Shown here one piece after another: positions 24,532-36,619 of a DNA stretch of 54,677 nt. The notes under the pieces were generated by a model. It did not search any database and had not been told where the DNA came from. It worked only from the letters and a program-made list of their open reading frames with translations. Both the position numbers and the translations under genes were made by a program. How positions within the stretch are numbered: position 1 is the first letter of the stretch; the number at the start of each line of letters is the position of its first letter. Source of the stretch: Girardia tigrina (taxonomy: Eukaryota); the NCBI GenBank assembly GCA_001938485.1, contig MQRK01216544.1:28637-83313 (forward strand), written 5' to 3'.

Positions 24532-24570
24532 AACGTTAATTTCAAATATATATCTATATATATAACCATC

Positions 24571-24576
<6 letters not shown>

Positions 24577-24627
<51 letters not shown>

Positions 24628-24677
24628 NNNNNNNNNNNNNNNNNNNNNNNNNNNNNNNNNNNNNNNNNNNNNNNNNN

Positions 24678-24703
<26 letters not shown>
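24577..24703. repeat. (TA)n microsatellite spanning an assembly gap
   Basis: Directly visible. Other (TA)n runs at ~29525-29543, ~45607-45639 and ~52340-52368. Confidence 0.95.
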
Positions 24704-24709
<6 letters not shown>

Positions 24710-26430
24710 TACATTAAATTAAATTTAACTTTTTTTGTAAATAACATTTTCTTTTAAAAAATGAAAGAAAATATTTAACTAGAAATTTATTTAAAAAAAA
24801 CGAAACCAAACAATATCTATGCCCCTCCATCGATTTGATTTGGTGGAATTACCCATGAAATTCATTTCGATGAAAGAAATGCCACGAATATGGAAATTTA
24901 TACTTACTGCTACAAATAAAAATAAAATTTATAATTATTAATAAGAATGGCGTTTTTCGTAAAAACAGAAATGTTGCAAATTGTTATCAATTTAAATGGA
25001 GATTAACATTATTAGGAAAAAATTACTTGTATTTAAAAAAATAAAACAATTTTTGTTTGCGGCGTTATTGACACGCGACGTTTTGTCGTGATACCCAAAA
25101 CTATCATTATATAATCAGTAGTGCCACCAAGTAATAATGGAAGGTGTTATATACAGAAGTTGCGTGTGAGACTTAAATATTATTTTCAGACCATTTGATT
25201 TTATTTATAAGTTCTCAAACTTCACTCTCCCAATAATTTTAAAGTCAATTATGCAGAATTTTGAAATACATTTTTACTGTTTTCTTTTTTACAATTTAAA
25301 TAATGTTCAGCAATATTGCTTGTCAATTAAAGTGAATCATTTTGTTCAATCACCTTTGATCTTCGATCCACTTGTAGAGATGATGACAAACCTCCATAAT
25401 TGTAACAAGAAAAAAGGAGAAGATTATTTTAAAATTCTTTGAAATCGTTTTCAAATTATGGAGGTCTTACAAATAATTTCAATTGATCCAAAAAAATATT
25501 TGAGCCTCATTCTCAACTTCTTTTAAAAATATCTTCAAAATGAAACCATGTCATTATTGATAATATAATAGCTATTCTTACATAATATAATATTTTATTT
25601 ATTTATTTGATAAATAACCTGCAAGTCTAATCTTAAGTTTTTTGACCGAAAATAATGACATTCACAAATTTTAGTAGATTGAGTTCTTAGTATTTAAAAA
25701 CTGATAATGTAACATTAAAAAATATTTAAACTAATTTTTATTTAAATAAATATTTTTATAATTATATAATAATAAAATATAGTTGTATTCAAAGTTTCAA
25801 TAAATATTAATATTAAAAGGTAAAAGTCGGTCAAAACAAACTATTTTTATTGCCATATTCTTTTAAAAGGCCAAAAACCGTGTTTCAGTTCCATTCTTTT
25901 ATTTGATTATTTACTGTACTTAGAATTCACTGTACCGAAAAAGCCGCTTAATAAGTAACGGTTTATGACTTAATTTGTATGAATAATAAAACTAACCTTG
26001 GAAATAATGTCTATGTTAAATAATAAAACTAATCATAAAGCCTTTGGAAATAATATCCCTTCAATCTGAATGGTGACTAACCCTTTGATGTAAGAGAGAT
26101 TGAAGCTTGTTGTGATTAAAATACCTAACCAGATTTTATTATTAATCAAACGAAAATATAACATTAAAAAAGGTTAAAATAAATACTATGAAAAGTGAAT
26201 TATTATCCTGATAGTTTCAGAATAAAAATATTTATATATAAAAATGGCAAATGCGAAAATAATATGATATTCTTTCAACAAAAACAAAATGAATAAATTT
26301 GAGAATTGTGTTTTAAATTAGTTATTATTTATTTTAAATTCATATTAATAAATAAGGGCTGGGAAAAAGTTTCGTTTTTCTACGTCGCCGAAGTCTTATG
26401 AAAATCATTTAACCATCTCTAATCGATTTA

Positions 26431-27698
26431 TTAGGTGTATAACTTAGTTTTTTGGATTTTTTTTTGCAGAACAGACAAGTTTATTTATATGACATAATAA
26501 GTTTTATTTTAATCAAAATATTTTCCATCGTTAATTATGACTTTCGACCATCTTTCAGGCAAATTATGAATTCCATCGAAAAAAAAGTTTTGGTCTTTTG
26601 ATACGATCCATTGTTCCAGCCATTTTTTATATGTTCCTGGTTTCTGAAGTGCTGGTCCCGAAGAGCGCTTTGTATTGATCGGAACAGATGATGATCTGAT
26701 GGGGCACGATCTGGTGAATAGGCAGCATGCGGTAGAATTTCCCATTTAAGTGCTTCCAACGTGTTTTTTACTTGTTTTGCGACATGTGGCCGAGCATTGT
26801 CATGGAGCAAAATCACTGTGCGCTGTTNNNNNNNNNNNNNNNNNNNNNNNNNNNNNNNNNNNNNNNNNNNNNNNNNNNNNNNNNNNNNNNNNNNNCGAAT
26901 TCAGCAGCTCATAGTACAGTACACCTTTCTGATCCCACTAAATGCACAACATAACCTTGCTTCCATGAATGTTTCTTTTTGCTGTTGACGTGGACGGTTC
27001 GCCGGGATGAACCCTCGATTTCTTGCGTTTAGAGTTAACATAATAAATCCATTTTTCATCTCCAGTCACAATACTATGCAAAAACGACCATCTTCGTTGT
27101 CTTGTAAGCAATGAATTGAATATCAGTAATCGACTTTCAATGTTAGCTTGATTCAATTCATGTGGTATCCATTTTCCTTCTTTTTGAATCATTTTCATAG
27201 CATGTAGACGTTTACTTATGGCTGCTTGAGTAACATTTAACTGTTTTGCAAGCTCTTTCTCTGTTTGAGTAGAATCTTCCTTCAGTAATGATTCCAAATC
27301 TTCATCTTCGAATCTTTTTGGTTGACCGGAATGCTCTTTGTCACTTACATCGAAATCTCCACTTTTGAAACGTTTATACCAGTTCTCTCAAGTCTTTTGA
27401 GTTGGTGCATGTTGACAATAAGTTTCTTCACGAAGCCGAAAATTGTCTGCAGCTTTTTTCTTTTGATTAAAGTAAATCAGTAGTGCTTCCCGCAAATGCT
27501 GTTTTGTTGGTATGAAAGTTATCATGCTAAAACGCGATTAAAAATATGTTTATGACGCATTTAAGGTCAATGACCTACGTAATTTTAATGCCTCGATTTC
27601 AGCACTTTAAAAATCTGTACGAACGACTGTAAAATAATGCTTATTATAAGGGTTACACCATCTCTTAGAAAATCCAAAAAACTAAGTTATACACCTAA
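26431..27698 (-). mobile_element. mariner (DD34D, mauritiana-like), near full-length, frameshifted
   Basis: ~30-bp TIRs ttaggtgtataacttagttttttggatttt with TA TSDs. Motifs WIPHEL, IVTGDEKW, LLHDNARPH, YSPDRAPSDHHLF, LPERWSKVIINDGKYFD. Confidence 0.95.
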
Positions 27699-28949
27699 TA
27701 ATTTATATTTATTGATTTACCTTAGAAAATTTAAGCAAGGAAGATTTACCCGAGAAGTTTTAACTTTGATCTTCAAATATTTTCTTACTGATAAAAAGGA
27801 AATTATTTGTGCTGGGCCCCTATATTTTATACATATAAATGGACCAGATTTACAAAATATAACAAAGTAAAGTTTAGAAGAATATATTTTTGAAAAAAAG
27901 AACAGTTTTAGTAGATTAGAATTTATTTTATAAACTTTTTTTAATACTTTTTTGTAAATGCAGGTTTAAATTTTTCTCTAGAAATTGTTTTTTCATAGGT
28001 TTTAAGTTTCCTTTTTTTATTCAAAAATAACGTATTACTACTGAACACATAGTTCAACTTTTGTTTCAAAAGTTTTAGTGATAGAAAATAAAGAAAAAAC
28101 TGGATGAGTTTTGTTTTGGTATTGTTGAGTTTTTGTTGATATTCGCAAAGAAGATTGAAAGCATTTGCCAAAGCTGATTATCGCATTATACTCCAAAAGC
28201 TTGCTGCTGTACTGGTTGCCTACTTGAAAACGGTTTCTAACCACATTCACGAATAGGTGCGGCATGAGTCAAACAAAAATTCAAAACAAAAGAATTTTTA
28301 ATGTTGAAAAAAGTGAATATAAAAATAATGAAACAATAAAAAAATTATGATTCTGTACATTTAAAGAAAAATTGACTCATTAACTCAGTTAAAATATTTT
28401 TTCAATTTCAGTATATTTTTAATTTTAAAATCATTATTTTAGTCCCTAATTTTGCTGGAATGGCCGCTGTTAGGAATTAAAAATGTTAGGAAAATTTATG
28501 AAAGAAGGTTATATTAAATATGTACAAATTAAAATTTTTAATAATTAAATATGTAACATTCGAAAAAAATAAAATTACTAAAATTAAGAAGATCAATTAA
28601 ATTGCTAATAAAAATTTTTTGAGAGTTTTAATGTAATATAAAAAGTAAAAAAAGTGAAACGATTTTAAAAAAGTAATAAAATTAAATGAAACGATTAAAT
28701 ATTTTAAAGTGTTATCGTAATTTAAAATTGATTATAGAAGTAATAAAAATTTAAGATTTATAAAACAAATAGTTTCTCAAAAAAATTTGTTTAAATATTT
28801 TTTTGTGGTATAATAAAAGTTTTAATGTCTAATGCTACTAATAATTCCGACGATGTCCCAAGAACCACTAATAGCCACCACCTTCATACTAAATTAACAT
28901 TAGTTTTTTCGCTTACATGACACATTATTTCATGAAAGTGAAAACTAAT

Positions 28950-29450
28950 TTAGAAGAGTGAGCAAAACAAGTCAAATGAACCATTGGAAGTTGAGCAGTG
29001 ACTCAAACACCCAATCTATGAGGAACTATTAAAGAAACTATGGTAAACAAGGTTTATCTGCTTCGTTGTAAAGACATCAACTTTTGTTGTTCACTTGTGA
29101 TTAATGGAAAGAAAGATATTTTTGGTATTATTGATAGATGTAGAAGATATATAGTTTTAAGAGCACTAAGCAATCAGGATGACATGTCAGTAATGAAAAC
29201 AATTCCTCAAAAGTGAAAATTTAGAATATGGGCACCAATTTGTGTAAAGAGGGGATCATTTGAAAGTTTCTGAGTTACAGATAGTTTTAGAATTTATGGA
29301 GTCTAGGTTAGTGGAAATAAATATCTCAAACACGTATCCTGACAATAGAAATAAAATATTGCATTAAAAGTCACCTAAAATAAAACAAATTTTGCGAATT
29401 TCCTTTGCAAACTTGAATTCAGCATAAATGAATCTACTCAAAGTTGGTTT
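28950..29450 (+). pseudogene. Decayed Ty3/Gypsy integrase fragment
   Basis: GKKDIFGIIDRCRRYIVLRALSNQDD and LEFSINESTQ parallel the integrase at 52570-54021. Confidence 0.6.
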
Positions 29451-29543
29451 AGCAGTTAAGTATTATTATTATTGTATTATTCCTACACTTAGTATTTTAA
29501 ATTTATATTATAATTTTAGCATTCATATATATATATATATATA

Positions 29544-29909
29544 ACGGATAACATGAAATAGTAGGACACCTACTATTTTAATAGTAGGTGGAAAAAAAAT
29601 TGAAAAGGCGCCCAATATTGGTTTACACCTACTATTTGGTGCTNNNNNNNNNNNNNNNNNNNNNNNNNNNNNNNNNNNNNNNNNNNNNNNNNNNNNNNNN
29701 NNNNNNNNNNNNNNNNNNNNNNNNNNNNNNNNNNNNNNNNNNNNNNNNNNNNNNNNNNNNNNNNNNNNNNNNNNNNNNNNNNNNNNNNNNNNAAAAACGA
29801 TACACCTACTATTTGATTCCACCTACTATTTTAATAGTAGGAGGAAATTTTTTTGAAAACTTCATTACACCTACTATTTCATGTCCACCTACTATTTGAT
29901 GTTATCCGT
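29544..29909. mobile_element. TA-flanked MITE with CACCTACTATT repeats (contains a gap)
   Basis: TIRs acggataacat / atgttatccgt, inserted in a (TA)n run. Second copy at window start. Confidence 0.82.
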
Positions 29910-29974
29910 TATATATATTAATATATATATAAAGATTTCATTAATATATATAATCTGAAAATATCACAATAACA

Positions 29975-30306
29975 AAGACAAGAAAAACCAGGAAAAATAT
30001 TTCCGAAGAAACATTCAACAACGTACTGCGTTTACATGATCAAGGAGTGGATGTATCAGATCGTATCAGAAGACAAATTTATAACTCAGAAGGGTGTTAA
30101 AAATCTTTAGATATAATCGGACATTTCCTTGTAAAATTTAGGTATTTTTAACCCTGCAAATACCAAAATTTTACAAGGAAATGTCCGATTATATCTGAAG
30201 ATTTTTAACATCCTTCTGAGTTATGGAGTTGTCTTCTGTTACTTCGGAAGTTTCTGTTTCTTTATTATGTTTCTTCGGAAACATTTTCCTGGTTTTTCTT
30301 GTCTTT
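29975..30306. repeat. Foldback / nested inverted repeat
   Basis: Outer arms ~29975-30012 and ~30268-30306. Inner arms ~30068-30147 and ~30158-30238 with a ~10-nt loop. Confidence 0.85.
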
Positions 30307-30309
30307 ATA

Positions 30310-33085
30310 TAGATCTCGCCGCGCTGAATAAGAAACACTTTTAACCACCTGTTCTTAAAGCCTAGAACTCGAGATATTCGACATTTTTAGGTTTCAAAAT
30401 TTTTTTTGAATTTTATGTCAAAAGATAAAAAAAAACAAAGGGTGAATTTATTATTTATTCATCAAAGTCATCACTAAAATGATAATCAATGTAAAAATGA
30501 TTAAAATAAAGTAGTGATTTGTACCAGGAACAAATAAGAAAATGTATCTCTCCGCATTACAACTGCAAACATGTTAGAGGCACATTATTGAAACAAAAAT
30601 CTGTAGGATTTACAAACTGTTCATAATCATCAATGTAACCGCAACAAAACCAAGCATATTTCCAAGTATTGACATATCTTGGAGATGAAAATTGATTATG
30701 AATAAGAGAGTGAATTTTGATGATTTCATCTTTTAAGTAAAGCGGTAGATTAATCGAATGAAGTAACACAAAATCTGAAAATTTACGATAATAGTTTTTG
30801 TATACACGCAAAAATATCTATCTAAAGGTTGACACATCCCTGTAGTTTTAGGTGGAATCATCACGATTTTCAAATTCTTATTCTGTTCTTCAGAAGCCAT
30901 CTTCAAACTGTCATCATTATAACAGCTCCATGAATCAACAAGTAGAAAAGATTCTTCGCCAATATTTGGGAGGAAAACCTTCCTTATCCACTCATGTAAA
31001 TGCGCCTTACCCAATTTACCCGATGATGATGCAAGTAGATAGATGTTATTTGACCTAAAAACCTTTTTCGCAACTTGTGAACCGAACTTTCCTCCAGCTT
31101 CTTGAAGAACGAGCAACATTGGGGATAGAAGACTACCACTCGCAGATATAATAGGTTGGATCGTATATGAATGAGTTGTAGCTTTTACTTGCTGAACAGC
31201 CACTTCAACAGTTTTTGATCCACAGGGTGCGAGGGTTCTTCCACTGTGCATTTCATAATTGAAACCAAATTGGTCAGTGTTGTAGACATCTGTAAGTGCC
31301 ATTTCGGCGATCTTTTTCTTTGTTTCTCCAACAAAGACAGTGGCTGATACAACATAATTTTCCATTAAATGCGATATTTTCAATGATATCATTTTGTTTA
31401 TTTTTCTCGATACAATCAGATTATGCTTTTTAAATTTGTGGAGCCAATGTGATTTGGCTTTAAAATTAAGTAAAGCTTGTGAGGAATGTTTTGAATTGTG
31501 TGTTGATATTGTGCATGTTGTATATTGATTCGGATTGCGCCTCTCCTACACAGATGGATGATTGGTATTTTCTTTGATTCTTTTTCTAATTAAAAATAAT
31601 TTAATTTAATTTAAAGTAAAAATATTTAAAATAGTTTTTGAATGTATTATTTATTTTTTAATGTAATTTAAAATTTTAATATATTAATTTAATATGTTCC
31701 TTTTAAAAAATGTTTAGATTTAATTTTAACCAATTAGATTCTTTATAATTAATAATTTTTATTCACAGATATTCATTTATTGAAAATAATTAGTTTGAAC
31801 TCATAAATATATTGATCAAGAGAGATGTCAAATAGTGAATGTGCTTGTGATATTAATAAAGGTTGTAAAACTCATATTGATGTTGTTAATAATGATATTT
31901 TTCGTGCTTTATCCAATGCCCATCTTCTTAAATCGTTTTCATGAATTATCATTTGCTTCGCAGTCAAACCTTTAAAAAGATCGGAAGTATGCTCTCAAAC
32001 TTTCCTAAGCTTTAGAGCTCATGAACCTCCTTTGTTTACAATATCTGCAAAACGATAGAGTTGTCGCCTGTCCTTGATGAAACGAAATCTGCGTTTCACA
32101 GTGGCAAAATGTAAAAGTTTCTTCTTTCCTGATTGCCAATATTCGACTGCAGCCCGCATTTGTTCAAAACTTATTTCATCAGTAGGACTACTGAAATTCT
32201 CATCATCTTCGATGGAAGAACAATCGTAGTCATCGCTATACGAAATATCGCTTGCATCAAATTTATCATCTTCAAATTCCGATGCATCTTGCATTATTAA
32301 ATTTGATTCGGTGGTAAAGACGATTTCTTCTCCAGTCAAGGAATCATCAAGAAGTTGCTTGATATGGACAAGTAATTCCATCGGTGTTGTCCCATTCTTC
32401 AATCGGTCTACAATATTCGCAATTAATTCCTCGGCCATCTTATGGGATGGTTCTTTAAATCAAAAATAATTGTTTCCTTGACTTACTTTATGTTATTTAT
32501 CACAAAAATGTATGTAGTCTTTCTTAAAAACCAACAAATTGAACACAATTTTAAATAAAATTTATTAACTACTTTAATGAAAACTAGTACATGAAATTTA
32601 GTGAATAAAACGTATTGATAACGAGAGAACATCTTTGGTGCCTAGGTAATTATATACGTTTAATAAACGTTGATTACCATAGAAATTTGCTTATATACAA
32701 ACAACACAGCAATATAGAAAAAAATGTCACGACAGCTTCGCTACGCGAAGCAATGTGGTTACTTGATGACTATGAACAGTTTGTAAATCCTACAGATTTT
32801 TGTTTCAATAATGTGCCTCTAACATGTTTGCAGTTGTAATGCGGAGAGATACATTTTCTTATTTGTTCCTGGTACAAATCACTACTTTATTTTAATCATT
32901 TTTACATTGATTATCATTTTAATGATGACTTTGATGAATAAATAATAAATTCACCTTTTGTTTTTTTATCTTTTGACATAAAATTCAAAAATATTTTGAA
33001 ACCTAAAAAAAAGTCGAATATCTCGAGTTCTAGGCTTTAAGAGCAGGTGTTTCAAAGTGAATCTTATTCAGCGCGGCGAGTTCTA
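30310..33085 (-). mobile_element. Tc4/Tc5-like (pogo-related DDE_1) transposon with ~320-bp TIRs; disrupted transposase ~32438 to 30455
   Basis: TIRs tagatctcgccgcgctgaataag... / ...cttattcagcgcggcgagttcta. CENP-B-type FKAKSHWLHKFKK, NTDQFGF, THSYTIQPIISASG, LLVDSWS, IPPKTTGMCQPLD. Confidence 0.88.
31478..31900 (+). mobile_element. LTR-like insertion interrupting the Tc5-like transposase
   Basis: Begins TGTGAGGAAT and resembles the reverse complement of 51770-51882 (tctcc...cagatgga..ttggtattt). The transposase frame resumes on both sides (WALDKAR | QALLNFKAK). Confidence 0.65.
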
Positions 33086-33929
33086 TATATGTACCAAATT
33101 TCATCGAAATCGGGCTGCGCGGGTTCAGGAGGTTCCCTAGTTAGTAAATTATTATTATTATATTATTTAATTATTTTTTCCTGGCGACTTAAAGTCGTTA
33201 GGGTAATTTAATATTTAATTTGAATTTACACTGATCAATTAATCGATCAGAAATAGAATAGTTGTTAAAATTAAGAAGTTGTAAATTTGTGGATTGATTG
33301 TATTAACTGTAACTTATTGTTGAATCTCTATTCGTGTATAATTCTCCTTCCCAATTTTTATTGTTGTCAAATCAAATCAGAAGATCCAAAGAAATAACTT
33401 ATTAAATCAAAAAAGTAATTATCGAAGTATCCATAACAAGAAAAATAATTCTGCAAACATTAAAAAATATATAAGAACAAATTTAAGGAAATCCATAATA
33501 ATTCTAAGTGAAAATGTCATTATATTGCTGAAACAAACTGAAAGTTTACATTGTGAAGTAATTTTCATTTCATTATATACGTTCTTAAAGCTGTATTTGT
33601 TATAATGTGATAAACCTATTATTCTTTTTTATCCTTCCGTTGACTAAATAGTATCATTTGTTATTCATATTTTTCATAACTAGTAAAAATAACGTTTGAT
33701 ATATTACATTAAACTTTAAATATTCTATTAAATCATATTAAATAGAAGGGAATCAACAATTTATTTTTGATTAAAGTCATTGTGATTTCTCTTTTAAACA
33801 AATTTTTAATTACGTTCATTGTTAAAAATAGGGTAATTATTAAATTTAGTTTTCTTTCATCAATACGTCTATCTTTACAATTATTATCCTTATTATTATT
33901 ATTATTACTATTATTATTATTATAAACAA

Positions 33930-34400
33930 ATAAACGCCATTTAAAAATATATTTTAGGATAATATATTTCGACGGTTTAACCGTCATCATCAGATCACTG
34001 ATTATGTTCTTTTTTATTGCTTTTATATAAGAAATGAATGATTATGCAACCACTTACGTAATTCTAATCGAAAACTCTTAACAAATTAGTTGAGAGTGCT
34101 GTTTGAACATTGATTTTAGGATCACATGATCTTATCAACAATGCTTCACATGACACTCTCTCCCAATAATTTTTAAAATGCTTGCACAAAATCTTAAAAT
34201 CATTTATGCTTAAAATCATTTGCAGAGATGACGGGCAGTCTCTCCGATGTATGTGGCATTGCACCCATTACATGTGTATTGATAAACAATGTCCGAACAC
34301 AATCCTAAAGGAGTATGTGATTTATTGCAAAACATATTCTCAACTTTAAATGATTGAGAAATAATTTTTAAATTTAAAATGTTATCTGTTGATTTCAAGA
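33930..34400 (-). mobile_element. Penelope-like retroelement 3' remnant (GIY-YIG endonuclease plus pLTR)
   Basis: IVYQYTCNGCNATYIGETARHL, then SCEALLIRSCDPKINVQ. Confidence 0.8.
33954..34000 (-). ncRNA. Minimal type I hammerhead ribozyme motif
   Basis: Minus strand: AGUGAU-CUGAUGA-U-GACGG-UUAAA-CCGUC-GAA-AUAUAU-U-AUCCU. Conserved core, 5-bp stem II and palindromic stem III, just downstream of a Penelope GIY-YIG remnant. Confidence 0.7.
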
Positions 34401-34678
34401 TCGAATTCTTGAAGTGTATTATTATTATTATTGTCCCTATTATATTACAATTCGAAATTTTAAATTTCAGAAGGAAAGAATTACTTTTAATATTCAGTAG
34501 ACAGTCGAATAAAATTTATCTTGGTTGACTTAACTGTTACATAAAAAAGATTTATTCACAAGAAATTCAAGGAAAAGCATTTTAGAATATAATTTAAAAA
34601 TAAATTTCAATAATTGTATAGAATATAATTTTTAAAATATGTTTTAATTCAAGGACGTCTATAAATTCTTCTTTTTAG

Positions 34679-34841
34679 ATATGCAAAAATATTTTAGTTC
34701 AAATAATGAAAACCATGGTGACCTTAAGGATACTCGATCAAAAGGTAAATGAACAACAACAAAAGAATGCCATTAGCTTCTACCTAACATCAACTGGAGA
34801 GGAAGCAGCACAAATTGCTTCTGTGGCTGCCCTTCATGATG
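34679..34841 (+). CDS. BCKDHA: BCKDHA-like exon 3 (absent from the ORF track)
   Basis: Acceptor ttttag. Translation ICKNILVQIMKTMVTLRILDQKVNEQQQKNAISFYLTSTGEEAAQIASVAALHD. Donor gtaagt at 34842; phases are compatible with neighbours. Confidence 0.9.
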
Positions 34842-35266
34842 GTAAGTTTACTTCAAATATTTGTTTTTAGTTCTTAATATTATTTGTTTTGTTAAATGTA
34901 AACATAAAGTTTACTTAATAGCACTATCGAAACATATGAACAATTTTGTTCGGGTTTCATAATTAAACTGAATAATATTTCAAAATTTTCGACAGTCAGT
35001 CTTGTTTGTACTTGAGAAAACTGCAAAAATGAATACCTTAAAAAAATATTTAAATTTAAATTCATGTTCAACAATAATAATAAATAATATATTATGCCGA
35101 ATTCACGAACTAGTTAAAAATTTTGTCGCATTCCAAAAATAGGTAAATAATTTTGCCAAGTTCTCTAACTAGGTTATTTTTGTTAAAAATATTAAATAAA
35201 ACAATGAGGGCATAAAAATAAATAATACAAAGACTTCAAAGGTAATCTTTTTATCCATAGTTATTA

Positions 35267-36447
35267 CAGTATGATTCATAAGTCTGTTCACCCCCATTAT
35301 TTTTTGAGAAAAAGATCAAATTTTTAACAAAACATTTATTACGTGGAACTTTCAATACTTAGTTGAATGTCCTTTAATGTCTTTTATCCTTTTTAATCGC
35401 CTAGGCATGGATTGAACAAGACTTTTACAATAGTCTTTTGATAGTCCGTACCATATTTTTTGAACAGCCACCCACAGCTCTTCTGACGATGTGCACCTTA
35501 TCGTCTGTAATTTCCTTTTTAAAAGTCCCCATATATTTTCGATAGGATTTGCGTCTGGTGAATTGCCTGGCCATGGTAAAAGATCGACTTCCTTCTTTTT
35601 TAAGAAATTAAATGTCGACAGTGTGGTGGTGCAAGATCTTGCTGAAAAATGAATTGTTGTTTTGGATATACCAAGCACTTTTCAATAATATCAATGTCAT
35701 GTATTATAGTTTCATAGTACATTTGAGCATTCATTGAACCTTCTACTTTTTTAAGAAGACCTACTCCGTTTGCCGAAAAGCACCCCCATACATGAACTTT
35801 GGGTCCATGGCTCATGGTTTCATGGATATTTCCGAGTTTGAGCCTTTCATTTCTAGTTCGTCTGATCCAACATCTACCACGATGATTATAACACTGGAAA
35901 ATGCATTCATCGCTAAATATAACAGAATACCAAGTTTCTTTATCCCAATTTTGATATAATGAAGCCCACTGCATTCTTCTTTGTCTCTGTTTAGCGGTAA
36001 GGAAAGGTTTCTTTACAGATTTGAATGCCTGTATTCCATATTTCTGTAAAATATTCCATATTTCCATGATTTGCCTTCACGTGGCTGATCTTTCACTTCT
36101 CTTGTTTTTAAATACTTCGCTCATATTTTTTGCATTCCACGTTTTGAAACATTTCTATTATATCTTGTAAATAGTTCGACCTTTATTTGATTCCATGTAC
36201 TTCCTGCATTTTTAAGAGCAACAATCATTCCACGCTCAAATTAACTAAATACTCTTGACATTTAATTTATCTAAAATTTAAAAAAATAAGTCATTAATGA
36301 AAATTTCAATATTTAAAATATAAATTCAAATGTTCAGCATAAAATCTGTATATAAACAAATATTCAAAATTAATATGACGTCAAATTTTTAGTTAGAAAA
36401 TAAGTAATCAAAATATGAGGGGGTGAACAGACTTATGAATCATACTG
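35267..36447 (-). mobile_element. Tc1-like (DD34E) element, internally deleted and frameshifted
   Basis: Perfect ~29-bp TIRs cagtatgattcataagtctgttcaccccc with TA TSDs. Motifs VIFSDE, VHVWGCFS, FQQDLAPPH, WPGNSPDANPIENIW. Confidence 0.95.
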
Positions 36448-36619
36448 TACTAGCTGACTTGTAAACCTATGTATTTTAAACATATTTGCACTTATATTTG
36501 TACATTCTTTTGTACATAAACACTTTTAGTAACCTTAACCAGTACCTATAGAAGATAGTCTTAGTATTTCTCTTAACAAAATCTCTTTATTTGGAAAATT
36601 TGTTAAATTCAGTTTATTA

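Larger units (their letters stand above)
23040..25095 (-). mobile_element. Mutator-like element with transposase C-terminal remnant and an internal unrelated ORF
   Basis: Imperfect TIRs ggatctacgacaaaacg... / ...cgttttgtcgtgatacc with degenerate 9-bp flanks (caaaataaa / caaaactat). Minus-strand ~23465-23650 reads LKKEQNSNEIKFEQ...IVQDYRERNIMEYLSGIVH (MULE C-terminus). Confidence 0.7.

Noticed and set aside
32615-32839. 74-aa plus-strand gene sharing its C-terminus with ORF 30557-30811
   Set aside because: It is simply the inverted TIR copy of the transposase 3' end.
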